A stretch of 64,000 nt of DNA, taken from positions 208,703 to 272,702 of the forward strand of contig NIVC01000153.1 of the NCBI GenBank assembly GCA_002269645.1, given 5' to 3'. Shown one piece after another: positions 26,021 to 38,098 of the stretch (positions are counted from its first letter, which is position 1; every line of letters begins with the position of its first letter). This DNA comes from Macrostomum lignano (Eukaryota). The position numbers and the translations under genes are program-made. The notes under the pieces are model-generated. The model saw nothing but the letters and a program-made list of their open reading frames with translations, did no database searches and was not told where the DNA came from.

Positions 26021-26589
26021 TTTTAATAGCCTTCTCTGTACCTCGCGACTGCGATTAGAGAGGCGTGGAGAGGAGAGACAGTTTAGCGAGAGATTCAAAC
26101 CACTGTCCTCTGTATAGACAAGTCTGCAGCAGTTTAACTGTGGATGGCAAATCAAGAGTCAAGACAATGTGGGATGGTTTGTAAAAATAGCGAAAAAAAA
26201 TGAATAACAACTGATTACAATGCAATTCTACTAAATCAGTTAGTCGCAGCATGAAGCTTTTAACATTAAAATTCGCATAAGGTAACTTTAAAATTTAAAT
26301 GGCTCCTAAGAAATGCGTATTTCCTTTGGTTGTTAGACTGCTGCAGAGTGCAGACTTTGGTGGTGGAGCTGGAGATACACAAATTTCTCTCAAGGGCTGC
26401 TAATTGGCCAGAAAGATGACGTGATTAAAGGATAAGAAATGATAACAGCCATGCGAGTACTACGTCCCACAATTCCACAAACTGGCTTTTGAAGCAGGGA
26501 TTGACAGATTTTTATCTCAAAGGCCAGATAAAGAATCCTGCTCATAGCTGAGGGGCAGATGAGAGTGGAAAGAAGAAAGAATAGACGAT

Positions 26590-27243
26590 TCAAAGAGAGG
26601 AGAGGCGACAGAGGGGATAAAAGAAAAGATAAAAGATAATAGGAGAGATGAGGGGGTGAGGACGATGAGAGAGAGGGGGAGAAGAGGGGAGAGAGGAAAA
26701 GCGAGATGAGAGAGCAGAGAGCTACAGGTGAGAGGAGAGAGGAGACAGCAGAGAGGAGAGCAGAGAGGAAACAGGTGAAAGAAGAGATGAGAGAGTAAAG
26801 GGAAGAGAGAAGAGATAAAGATACATCTCTACATCTCGAAGGTTGTAGAGATGAGAGAGGTGGAAGGAGAGATGAGAAATGAGAGATAACAGAGAGAGGA
26901 GAGTGGAGTGAGAGAAGAGAGGGAGACAGAGTATAGACAAGGAAAGAGAAGAGAAAAGAAGAAAGGAGAAAGGAAAGTGAGGAGTCAAAAGAGGGGAAAG
27001 AAAAGAGTACAGATGAAAGAGGTGAGAGAACATATAAGACAGAGATGCCAGATTAAAGAGGGGGATGAGAGAGTAGAGACGAGAGTGAAAAGATAAAAGA
27101 TGGGAGTAGAGAGAACAGAGGAGAGGTTACAGAGACAGAGGAGAGACAAGGTAGAGAAGTGAGTGAGGAGAGAGGAGAGGAAAGAGGAGAATTGAAAGGG
27201 GAGAGAGTAGAGAGAGGAGGAGAGATAAGAGAGAAAGACAGAG

Positions 27244-27295
<52 letters not shown>

Positions 27296-27301
27296 AGAGA
27301 G
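26590..27301. repeat. Polypurine (GA-rich) tract including (AG)n, left half
   Basis: Almost pure A/G on the + strand; continues at 28094-28500 after a TE insertion. Confidence 0.9.
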
Positions 27302-27305
27302 AAAT

Positions 27306-28089
27306 GGCTCATTCCATATAAGCATGGTCGTAACATGACAGGTTATTTTTACTTATAAAATGAAATCTAATAATAGAATATACTAAACCAATATTTTAAA
27401 TGAAAGATTATTTCGTCTAGAATATATTTATAGAGTTTCATATAGATATCATCATTAGTATAGATGCTATTAAACCTTAAATGACACTTATGGTCGTAAC
27501 GACAGGATTTTTGACATATAGAAACTAAAAGGTAAAAGTCTTATAACATTTTTCATTTTTGATATTTTGCAATACATTTTTAAAATTTGACTAAGAACAT
27601 CTTTAGAAATCATACTCTTTTATTAGAATATATAAACTCAAAAGGCAACAAAGATACAAAAGAAAAGGCAGCCTTATGGTCGTAACATTATGGTCGTAAC
27701 ATTTTTTTCTGTCAATTCAGTAACTTTGAGGTACTAATACATTAAAAATATAATAGATTATTTGGTCACCAATGCTTTTATCTGATGATGCAAGTATTAT
27801 ACTTTTATCTATAGTTTGTTTCAACCTTCAAAAGCTTTCTATTTGTTTTTAAAAGGTACAAAATCTTAATGATGTCTTTTGCTTCGAAAAATGTCCAAAT
27901 TTTTACAAAAATGACTTTTTGCCAATTGATAACATACTAATCCAACATTTTACCATTCCTTTATTCATAGATTGTATATATTGCACAATATAAACATTTG
28001 GTAAAAAAATAGGCTAATTAGGCAATGGCAAGCAAAAATATTGACTTTTTTCTATTTTCCAAATGTGTCCATCTTATATGGAATGAGCC
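27306..28089. mobile_element. 784-bp non-autonomous TIR element, Sola1-like
   Basis: 17-bp perfect TIR GGCTCATTCCATATAAG; 4-bp TSD AAAT (AWWT type); four internal ATGGTCGTAAC motifs. Confidence 0.8.
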
Positions 28090-28093
28090 AAAT

Positions 28094-28500
28094 GAGAAGA
28101 GATAAGAGAGAAAAGATAAAAGAAGAGAAAGGAAAAATGAGAGAGCAAAGACGAGAGAGAAAAGAGGTGAGGAAGAGACGAGAGAAGAGGGGAGAGATGA
28201 GAGTAGGCTAGAGGAGAGAGTTAAGAGAAGAGAGAAAAGAATACAAAGGAGAAGGAAGATAAGAGAGAAGAGGGGGTGAGAGGAGAGAGGAGAGGGGGAG
28301 AGAGGAGAGAGGAGAGGAGAGAGAAAACAAAAAAGTAGAGAGGAGAGAGGAGAGGAGAGAGAAAAGAAGAGACAAGAGATGAGATAAGAGAGATAAAAGA
28401 GAAGAGAGATGAGGGAAGATACGAGAGAAGAGGGGAGAGAGGAGATAGGAGAGACAAGGGATGAGAGAGATGAGAGGAAACAAAGAGACAATAGAAATTT
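28094..28500. repeat. Polypurine (GA-rich) tract, right half
   Basis: A/G-rich degenerate GAGAGGA units. Confidence 0.9.
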
Positions 28501-29769
28501 TAAAGGATCCAAGGGACGTAGGGAGAGTCAGGGAAAGACCAGAGTTTAGCAATATATGAGCTAGGCCCTATGTTTTAGAGTCAGACAGACATTGCCTGAC
28601 ATTCTGCGCAGTACCCCAGCCAACAATGTCTCAAACCCTAATTTTACACGAATGTGCTCCATTTTATGTCTACCTCTATCCTACTAGGCCTAACTATTAA
28701 CAATTTTTTGTTTGTGTATGGCCTTAGATTTCAGAATACATGCAAAAGTAGTTCCGGGGATTGGAATTCCCCAGGTTCGAAATCCGCTGGTTTCAACAGC
28801 TTGTAACATATTATATTATACTTAAATATAATATTATTATTTTATATTTTCAGCTGGAGGGATTATAATATTTTATAATATTTATTTATAAATAAATAAC
28901 AGGAAATATTTAAATAGATAGGCCCTAGGTGATATGTGCTATGCTATTATTAGCCTATTAGGCCTACTATATGTCACATATACATAATTCATATTGGCAT
29001 GCTGGATTTAAATGTTTTTATTATCAAATAGATTATTCTGAAAAATTTTACATTTAAAGACATTTATCGCAAAGCATTTTCAGCATACTGGAAGATTTAT
29101 CTCCTAGGACGAGGGGCAAGCCTGCCACACATTACGGACACATAGGCATTAAGTCTAATTTCTTGGAAAGTCAGTTCCTTGTACCGGTCGCACCCTTTTT
29201 GAACTTACATACATTATCTCTGTATGATAAAGCAAAACTATTAAATATATCTATAAAAGGAAAATTTAGCTTGTATTTTTTATAGAATATATAAAAAATT
29301 CTAACCATGGCAGCATGAGTATCAAAATATCAAAAATCATTTAAGAATGTTTTTGCTTTCGTTGGGCCCAATAATTTGATTTCGTAGATATCGTTGTTGC
29401 CGGTCGTACCTGAGTCTGTTAGACAATATACTTAAAGGATTAATGTGTCCGTAATTCCTAGGAAATGATTTGATTGACTGACTGGACTTAAAGTTAAAGA
29501 TAAAGTTAAGGTTAGTTTTTTTTACAATTTGCATAACTGAGTACTGAGTAGGGCCTAGTAGTGTTTCTGAATCCTTGAGCTTGGCTTAGATTTAAATTAA
29601 TATTTTGTCATTTACTGTACAGTCATATAAATTTATTCTTACTTTTATTTTATTTTTTATAATAAAACTTAAAATAATTATTAAAAAAATTATTTATTAA
29701 TTGACTGATTGCTGATGTACACTGAAAAAATGGCAAGTATCCTTGTATAGTTGTATGCTAAGAAATCTG

Positions 29770-29880
29770 GGCAATCTTCAAGTTTCGTTCGTTTAATTAT
29801 TTCCGGAATTATTTTCGCCCTCTATTCAAGGGTGGTGGGGGTGGGTGTTGGAATTAAACAAACGAAACTTGAAGATAACC
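29770..29880. mobile_element. 111-bp MITE with GG termini and 8-bp TSD (Merlin- or MULE-like)
   Basis: 29-bp TIRs GG(CA/TT)ATCTTCAAGTTTCGTT(C/T)GTTTAATT; TSD GAAATCTG at 29762-29769 and 29881-29888. Confidence 0.8.
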
Positions 29881-30339
29881 GAAATCTGAACTAGGCCCTA
29901 TGGCCTAATAATTCAAAAATTCCTCATTTTGGCACTAGTGCAGTTTTGTTTGCAAAATTATGCCTATTTTTTCTTTTTAATTTGTGCCAGTTCCAATGAT
30001 TAATAATGCTGACGACATTTTAATATCACAGTCACATTGGTTGACAATTTATTTAACAAAATTATTGTCGTATTGATATTGATTATATTATTGATTATTG
30101 GTTGATAGCCATTGCCAAGGATTTGAATCAATTATTTGAGTGATAATGCTGACAAAGAATATTTTTCAAACAAAACTAGGCCTACTAGGCCTAGTCTAGT
30201 ACCCTCATTTTTACTTTAAATTAATATGAGTAAACTTTTCTATTTACTTTTCTATCTACTTTTCTGTTTACTTTGCCATAAAAATTTTTAGTAAGTTGGA
30301 TAAATTACTTTATTTGTCAACTTTTCTGTCAAATATTCA

Positions 30340-30536
30340 CAGGCACCATGCCACCATGGAACAGGGGGGCTGCCCCCCCCCACATTGAGTTGGGGGGGCA
30401 TTGCCCCCCCCCTCAATATACCGTTCAACAGCATAATTTTGCTCAAAATTTTTATCACTGTCCAAGACAGGGTCTGGGCTTGAGTTTTAGAAACTTGGTC
30501 TTGCCCCCTTGGCAAAAACTCATTCCGCGGTGCCTG
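30340..30536. mobile_element. 197-bp hAT-like MITE
   Basis: TIR CAGGCACC; perfect 8-bp TSD AATATTCA (30332-30339 and 30537-30544); G/C-run interior. Confidence 0.85.
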
Positions 30537-33500
30537 AATATTCATTAGGCCTATATCAACTTTTCTATAAACTTTTCTATGACTATGTTGTAAATGGATT
30601 GAAGATTATTTTTTCTAAGTTTCGGCTTATAAAAAATTTTCTAATTGTAGAAAATTAGAATTTTATTTTATGTCAACTTTTTATTTTATGTACATTTTTC
30701 CAATATATAAAAGTTGTAAAAATGCATGGCATTCGTATAGCTCAACTCTTTGACTTTGGTTTTATGAATATATTTTATTTTTGATATACATATTTATATA
30801 TAGCTAAGAATAATAAAAAAGACTCATTAAACCAATGAGCCAAACTATGCAATTTTAATGATTTTTTATAAGCATAGGTAAGCCCTATGCAGTTGTATAT
30901 AAAATAAAAAACTAATTAACATTAGAATCCTACTTTTCTTGATAAAAAGCTTTATAAATATCACTATAAAGCTATTGCAAAGGCACAACATATCCAAAGA
31001 TTCTGATAAGATTAGCTTTCTATTGAAAGCAATAACAAGTTTATTAATAAAGAAAGTAAAAAAGTTCTTATCTTCATAGAGACAGTGTTTTTTTAAATAA
31101 AAAGTGGCATTCAAAACTTTTTCCATAAAATGTAAGTATTGCATTCTATATATATGTTGCAGTTTAATTGTCTTTAGGGCCTATATGTATAGTATACATT
31201 ATTTTTAATTTTGGTATTGTTGGCATACTCATTTTGGCACTGCAGAGGCTGTTTTATTGCCTTAAATCAAAATTATTTATTATCATAATTTATGGTTTAC
31301 TAGGTAATATTAATGAGGCCTAAATGATAAAGACAAAGCATTTGCACATCCCTAGGCCCATAGTTTTTATTGGGAATAATGTCTCCCCCAATGATATAAA
31401 AAAACCAATAAATGAAAAAAATTGGAAATATAACACTATACATTAAAGCAAAAAAATAGAAACTGCTTATCCCAGTGCATTTTAATAGAATTAAAAATAC
31501 TAATAATTTTGTTTGGTCATTTTCAAATATAAACATATGAGTAATATTAAAAAAATGGAAATTTTGATAGAATGAAGAAGGAGGAACTTGAAGGAAAAGT
31601 TTATAGCCTAATTTATACTCGTAAAGCTAGTGGAACCTAGCTAGTGGAAAGTAGCAAAAGTTCTTTTGATTGAATGCTTTCAGACTTCTTTGTTAGGCTG
31701 ATGTGACAAAAGATATCTATGGAGAAACTTGGAGAAGCATATAGCTTTTAAAGCAATAGAATATTTCAAACTTTATTGCTTTTTGTTCCCTCCTTTTGCT
31801 ACGCTAAAAGTCTTGGATATGCATTCAAGTGTTGCCAAAGGAGTGTGAGAAACACCCTTTGGGGATAGGGCACAGTTGAGCTGAGATTCATGCTCAACTT
31901 TAATTGGCTCATGGGTTTATTGTAGTCATTTACTGCAATCATTTTGTAGCATTCATTGTAGCCAGTTAGCCATTTGTGAGCTATCACTTTGAAATTTTGT
32001 TAACTTGTTGACTTAATGTAAGTCTATGGGTGACCTTTGCTACATATGTAGTTGTAACTTTTGATAAAAACTGATGGACCCAAATGATTCTAGTAGCAAA
32101 TTGTAGAAGTTAAAAGCCGCTTTCCAGCAACACCTAACTTGTAATTATTGATTGCATTGTTCATGAGCAGCATGTTGATATATATTGCAAGAATACACTG
32201 TGCTAATGCATTGTGTACAAGTAGTACAATTATTTTAAAAGTGATTACACTGATAAACTTTTGTTGAGCTTTAAATAGGTGTCTTAAAATGTCTATAGCT
32301 TGAATACCATATCCCTTGACTACTTACTATAGGTATTTTATAAGTTTCCTTGTTCTAACAACTAAAATATTTTTTACATAAGTTAAAAGTAACATATATA
32401 CTAGGAGGGTCAAGGAACATTGATTAGACTAAAGGATCAGTCACCTAAAACACTTTATATGATTCATATTAGAATAGCAACCCTTTTGATTTGTTTAAGG
32501 TTATTTATTCTTGCTATCTTGAGTATACTGAACTGAATACTTTAGAGACAATGTTTATAAAATGTCAGAAGCCTAAATTTTAACTATTAGTTAGCTACAT
32601 GTATACAAGATGTTGCCACTAACTCAACATTTTCTAAGTTGAGTATATATGCCACTATAGCTGTGGCCCATCCTGGCTTAAGTCAAAATTTGCCTAGCCT
32701 ATCTTGGGCCCAACATGCTCTAATCTAGCCAAGTCAAGCTTAATTGTCTATGATATGTATATCCTTTTAGAAGCTAATAAATATTGAATAACTACTCAAA
32801 TATTAGGTCCCAATATTTAATAATATTTAATATTCCTAATAATTAGGACTTTTTGAACCTTAAAGATATAAAAAACTTCTAATTTTCTGATTTTTTTAAA
32901 CTTTGCCAGGCAGTCAAGGGGTATCATAAATGATAAAAAAGCTAAATCTGCAAATGTTTACCCTTGGCTTTGGTGATGATAGGAGCTTGATTTGTTTATC
33001 CCCTATAGATTATAACTGTTAACTATTCTGGTTTGTTATTAAACATAAATGTAAAACAATATATGCTTAATGAATTAATAATCTACCTAATCTTAAATAG
33101 GTATCAAGTCTCTATTGAACAGAGTTTAGGATAAACAGAACTTCTAGTTTTGATAGGACTACAATTTCTTTTCTATATGGGTTACTCATGGCATGGGTTA
33201 TTTAGATATTTAAGCTTCATTTTTAATTGGGTCAAAATTTTATATTACTTGATCTTCAATAGATCCCTATACCTATATTGAAGTTTAGGTATTGAACACC
33301 TTGATTCCCTATGCTCTAGTTGTTGGTCATTGACCTTTCGGTTGGTCACTCCTTTGGACGCCCCCTCCAAAACTTTTATGCCTCTATGCCTCTATTGAGG
33401 TTTAGGCAAATAATAAAATCGATTCCCATGAAAATTATCATAAGCCAACTCTGCAGTTTGTCAGACATTTGTATCATTAGCAACTTGTGATTAGCAGGGA

Positions 33501-33546
33501 AAACAAAAACCCTGAATACATTAATACCTGTTTCCATGTTCTGCAG

Positions 33547-34532
33547 ACTTGTTAACTAAACAGACCCTACTCAACTGCATGCAAAAGTGCAAATCAGAAC
33601 CTATCCTACTCAGCCAGCTGGGAGATATGAGCAGTCGTGATTCTTACCTAGCCTGGCTATCAAAGCCACTGATTGAGCATGCCAACAAGGTGCTAAGCAA
33701 AGACTTGAATAAATCTGGCGAGCGTCTATACGATCATTGGTGCCGTCGAACCCGCAAAGAGTGCTTCATGGCCAGCTATCAGAATGAATTCTTTCGAGCC
33801 TCCTATTGTATTAACCGGCTAGCAATATCCGCCAGGTCTTACATCCAGGCTGCCGATCAGATATGCGCCGACGTGCCCGAATTCATGGATTTTCTACGCT
33901 CTGTTAGGCACGTTATCAGCATTGGCTGCGGTCCCGGCTCCGATGCCATTGGCCTGTTAGCCTTTCTTGGTTGCGGCTTGCCGCAGCAGCAGGAGCAAGA
34001 AAAAGCCGAACTGCAGGAGCAGCAGCGCATTGTATTCTACATGATTGACCAGTGCGACAGCTGGGCCGACTACGTGTCCGCGTTGGACGCGCATCTAGTC
34101 GATACTGGCTCCTCGTTGTGGTTCAAACCGCTCCGATTTAAAGATATTGGCCACGAGGCCTATCTGCCGCCGGCTGATATGATTGTATTTAGCTTTGCCA
34201 ATACGGCACTGATGGATCCGCAGCTCTGGCCGCAGTTGGTCCGGCGCTACAGACTAGTATTAGTGCTTGACAGCGTCCGCGAGACACTCAAAGACGAATA
34301 CGACGGTTGCAAGTTTAATTCGTTTCAGCTTAGCGATCGAACTCGGTGCTATTTTCATCTGGCTGGCTATTCCACTACTAATAGTAGTAAAAAAGAAAAT
34401 TTAGATGATTCGCCCGAAGCTGCCAAGGTTGACACCGAGGCGGCGATGCCGCCGCCATCGCCAATGTCTGAGCCGTCACCGACGCCTACGACGTCTGACG
34501 CGCCGGATGTTGCTTCTATAGCCAACGATTGA
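33547..34532 (+). CDS. Uncharacterised class I SAM-dependent methyltransferase-like protein (terminal or only coding exon)
   Basis: 327-codon open frame after acceptor TTCTGCAG|; first ATG at 33579. Motif I VISIGCGPGSD, acidic post-beta2 FYMIDQ, and beta4-like PPADMIVFSF. Acidic/Pro-rich tail. Upstream exons not resolved. Confidence 0.7.
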
Positions 34533-34809
34533 CTTGCTTGACTTAGCTGCAGGGGCTCCGGGCATCAGCGAGGAGGCGTCGACACCCATTCGGCTATATA
34601 TATTGCTGGTGTCCGCAGCGCGGTCCCCCTCCGGAGAGTGCAGGTGGTGGATGGCCTACGATCGGCACCCGCTAGATTATTACGGTGCAGTGTGCATCCA
34701 GGCGCGATTGCAGATTGTTAACTTCTCTTCTAATGGGACCTAGCTTCTATGTAGCAATTTAAATAATTAGATTTAATACATTCTAGTGCTTGCTGAAGTT
34801 GTCGATTTC

Positions 34810-35285
34810 TGATCCATCGCACCTTGGCACTCCACCCGCCCCCTTGATACTCTATCCGCCCCCTTTATGCTCCATCCGCCCTACCTTGTACTCACCCACC
34901 CCTTTATACTCCATCTGCCCCTAAATACTCCACCCGCCCCCTTGATACTCCACCCGCCCCCTTGATACTCTATCCACCCCTAGATACTCTATCCGCACCA
35001 CCTGGTACTCCACCTGCCCCCTTTATGCTTTATCCGCCCCCTTGATACTCTATCCACCCCTAGATACTCTATCCGCACCACCTGGTACTCCACCTGCCCC
35101 CTTTATGCTCCATCCGCCCTACCTTGTACTCACCCACCCCTTTATACTCCATCTGCCCCTAAATACTCCACCCGCCCCCCTTGATACTCTATCCACCCCT
35201 AGATACTCTATCCGCACCACCTGGTACTCCACCTGCCCCCTTTATGCTTTATCCCCCCCTTGATACTCTATCCGCCCCTACATAC
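34810..35285. repeat. C-rich complex minisatellite (~20-bp TACTCCACCCGCCCCTTGA-type units with a higher-order duplication)
   Basis: Repeated TACTC(C/T)A(C/T)CCGCCCC; the ~34840-35040 block is repeated at ~35040-35280. Confidence 0.9.
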
Positions 35286-37906
35286 TCCCGACAGCGCCAT
35301 GTAATATACAGTGCTTAAGCACGAAAGCCATGCTATTCTGCTATGATACTAGATGTGCATACTTGCCCAAAAGTTTGCATTGATGATCAGCTACTTGTAT
35401 TCTATTCTGTGCTTTAGATGCCTTCCTCTAAGTCCCGGTCTCGCGTTAAATGTATTTTCAGTGCAGCCAGGATATAATTACTCGTACATGCACATTTCGA
35501 TAGGCATGCACTTATCATCAGTGAGTGCGTGTTTGTTATTTTATACGTTTGTTTGTTCGACTCATTCACTTGTCTGAACTTATGTAGCTTTCTCCGTCAG
35601 TTTATTTAATTAAATATTGAGTATTCAAATTTGCTTTTATTTCTACTTCTAGTAGCAGTCTCATGGATAGCGTATTTTAAAATATACGTGTATCTACGTT
35701 TGCTTTTTGACGTTTGATCAACATGCGTAAAAAAAAAAGCGAAGAAAATCCACTTCATTCCTTTATTTTTCTTAGGGAAATTTGAAATATAAACTTGCAG
35801 CGATTGTAATGCAATACTTTGCATCAAAATAGGATGTTGGCGTCAGAAGCGCGCAAAATAAGGTCGGTTATATTTATAACTAGAAGCGTGTCGGTTGGCT
35901 GGCATTGGGCCGAATTTTTGTTGATGAAGAAAGCAAATCATGTGAAGCCAGGGCGCACTGGCTCTCAAAGCTCCGTTGCAAATTTTGCAGCAAGGTGCCC
36001 AGTTGCATTTAAAATAAGATCAATTTGTTAAAAGTGAGTTCATGTAAAGGGGAATATTATAGTTCTTTCCATATTTAAGAAGGCGATGATTATCGATCTT
36101 TTGGAAATGCTAAGCTGCTAATTTGATCTCCCGATTCTCCCTCCTCGCACGAAGCTAGCCGTGCGAAATGAAAAATTTGAGAAGCCAACGATTTTTATGA
36201 CGATTTGCCTTTCAATCTAATCAAGCCTGTGAAGTAGGGGGGGGGCAATTGAAATCCTAGTGCTCCAGCTTTAAAGTGTTGAGTAGCTGGCATTGTCTAA
36301 AGCGGGTGGAAAAGCCAAGCATGAATTGCACCTCTCTAGAACCTGTATATAGTCGCATGCTGTATCAAATTCCGCACAGAAATTTTCCATTGGAGCTGTT
36401 GCTTACATCAATGCTCGGGCACACTCTGTCAATGCTGCTTGAGCTGTGGTGGTTCTTTAGCTTTTTTAAGCAAATACTTTTTGTCGGGGTTTCTGCCGCA
36501 TGCCTGGCTGTGTGCGTCTTAACGAGCTGTTGTCATAGCAGTTGGCTATCTCAAAGTTAAAATTTAGGAATGCAAATGTTTGCAATTATATTCTTATTGT
36601 TTGCATTCCTAAAGCGAAGTAGCATTCCTAAAATGCAACGAGCTGTATATAATGTATGCAGCAAGTTTGACAAATCGCCAATGTTGTTCGCCTTGCATGC
36701 GCGACCACAAAGCCAATGAGATTTAATCGATGCCTGGAATTAAAACTCTTTGCATGGGTGGTCTTATTGCTAAATATTTAATCCCCCCTTTCTCTTCGCT
36801 TCATTCTCCCGCCGCTCTGAGCACTTGTTTTAGCACACAGATTTTAGCTCGTATTCATTAGAGCGGCTTGATCTGCCCCAATCCCGCTGCAGAGCTCTTC
36901 CCAAGGGAGCAAAAATATGAGCGAGACCCGTGCTGGGACTTACAAGATCCCATCTGGTTGGGAATGGGAAGCAGCAGGTCTTATAGGTATATGGCTTGTA
37001 TTGCTTTTATTTTGAATTATTGCCCCAAGTGTTTTATACAATACCACAACAGTCTGGTCTTTTCCGATCTGCGAATGGATATTAGATGTAAGTACAACAG
37101 CTTGTGGTCTATTGGATAGATTTCTCCTCGCAAAATCTGAACCAAATCTTCGGTTCCCTGTCCCAGCGAGTTGGGCTTTTTCATCTACCCGCGAGCCACT
37201 CGAAGCCTTTGAATTTTGTTTGAAACGCTTTCCCCTGCAAAAATTGCTCTTGCCTACTCATTTACCTAATTGAAATGCGCAGTGCCGGCTGCGTATGACG
37301 GCTGACTGAAATGGTTACAGAGTTCTCTGTAGCAAATCAGAATGCCATTATTGAAGGATTGAATTTAGCTTAGCTTGACTAAACTACATTTAATAACTGT
37401 GTCTCCAACGTTTCCTTAGAACGGCAATAGCATGACGCATGGCCCGGAATCCATGTAGCTGCATGCAAATAAATCGGTAGTTTGCAAATTTGAGTAGTTC
37501 GTGTCCAATCGGTTGAGTAATTTATGCTGCAATATTACCTCGCTATCGCATCTCTATAGTCATTCGCACGTTTTTTTTATCTGCAAATGATTAACTACAG
37601 CTTTGTATCCGCTATAGGCGCTTTATTACCTTGGCGCCCGAGGGAGATGGATACGAAAGTCAAAGGAGAGGCGGCCAGCTCGCATTCCGATATATTTTCT
37701 ATTACTCGATGCGCCTTGCCTTCTTATGCGTCAGAAGCTGTAGCTATCGTGGAAAAAAGTTACCTATTTCTTTATCCTATGTGAGGAAACATTAAAGCGC
37801 ACATCCCGGTACAAGCCGCTCAGCGCTGGGTCTCAAAGATTTGCAATTTCATCACTCGCATGCAGTGGCGCGCTCTTTCAATAGGACGCTTCGATTCCTT
37901 CCCGAT

Positions 37907-37998
37907 AGACGTCACACTGCACGGCCTTGTTGGCTAAGGCCTCCCCGGATTGGTGCACGAAAGAGCTAGTGAACGGACGATCATCCGCTATTATATAA
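37907..37998 (+). promoter_or_regulatory. Putative prohormone promoter: CRE-like site, reverse CCAAT and TATA box
   Basis: AGACGTCA at 37907-37914, GATTGG near 37948, and TATATAA at 37992-37998, ~100 bp upstream of the ATG. An octamer ATGCAAAT lies at 37463-37470. Confidence 0.5.
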
Positions 37999-38098
37999 GC
38001 GTCGTCCGCTACAGGAAATCTTACCGATCTTACCAAGTCTTGGCAGATAAATTTTGCTTCGATAAATCTAACCAGCCTAGTCCTCTCCAGTTTTGCCG

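Noticed and set aside
26722-28552. Leu/Ser-rich hydrophobic ORFs
   Set aside because: Translations of the polypurine tract.
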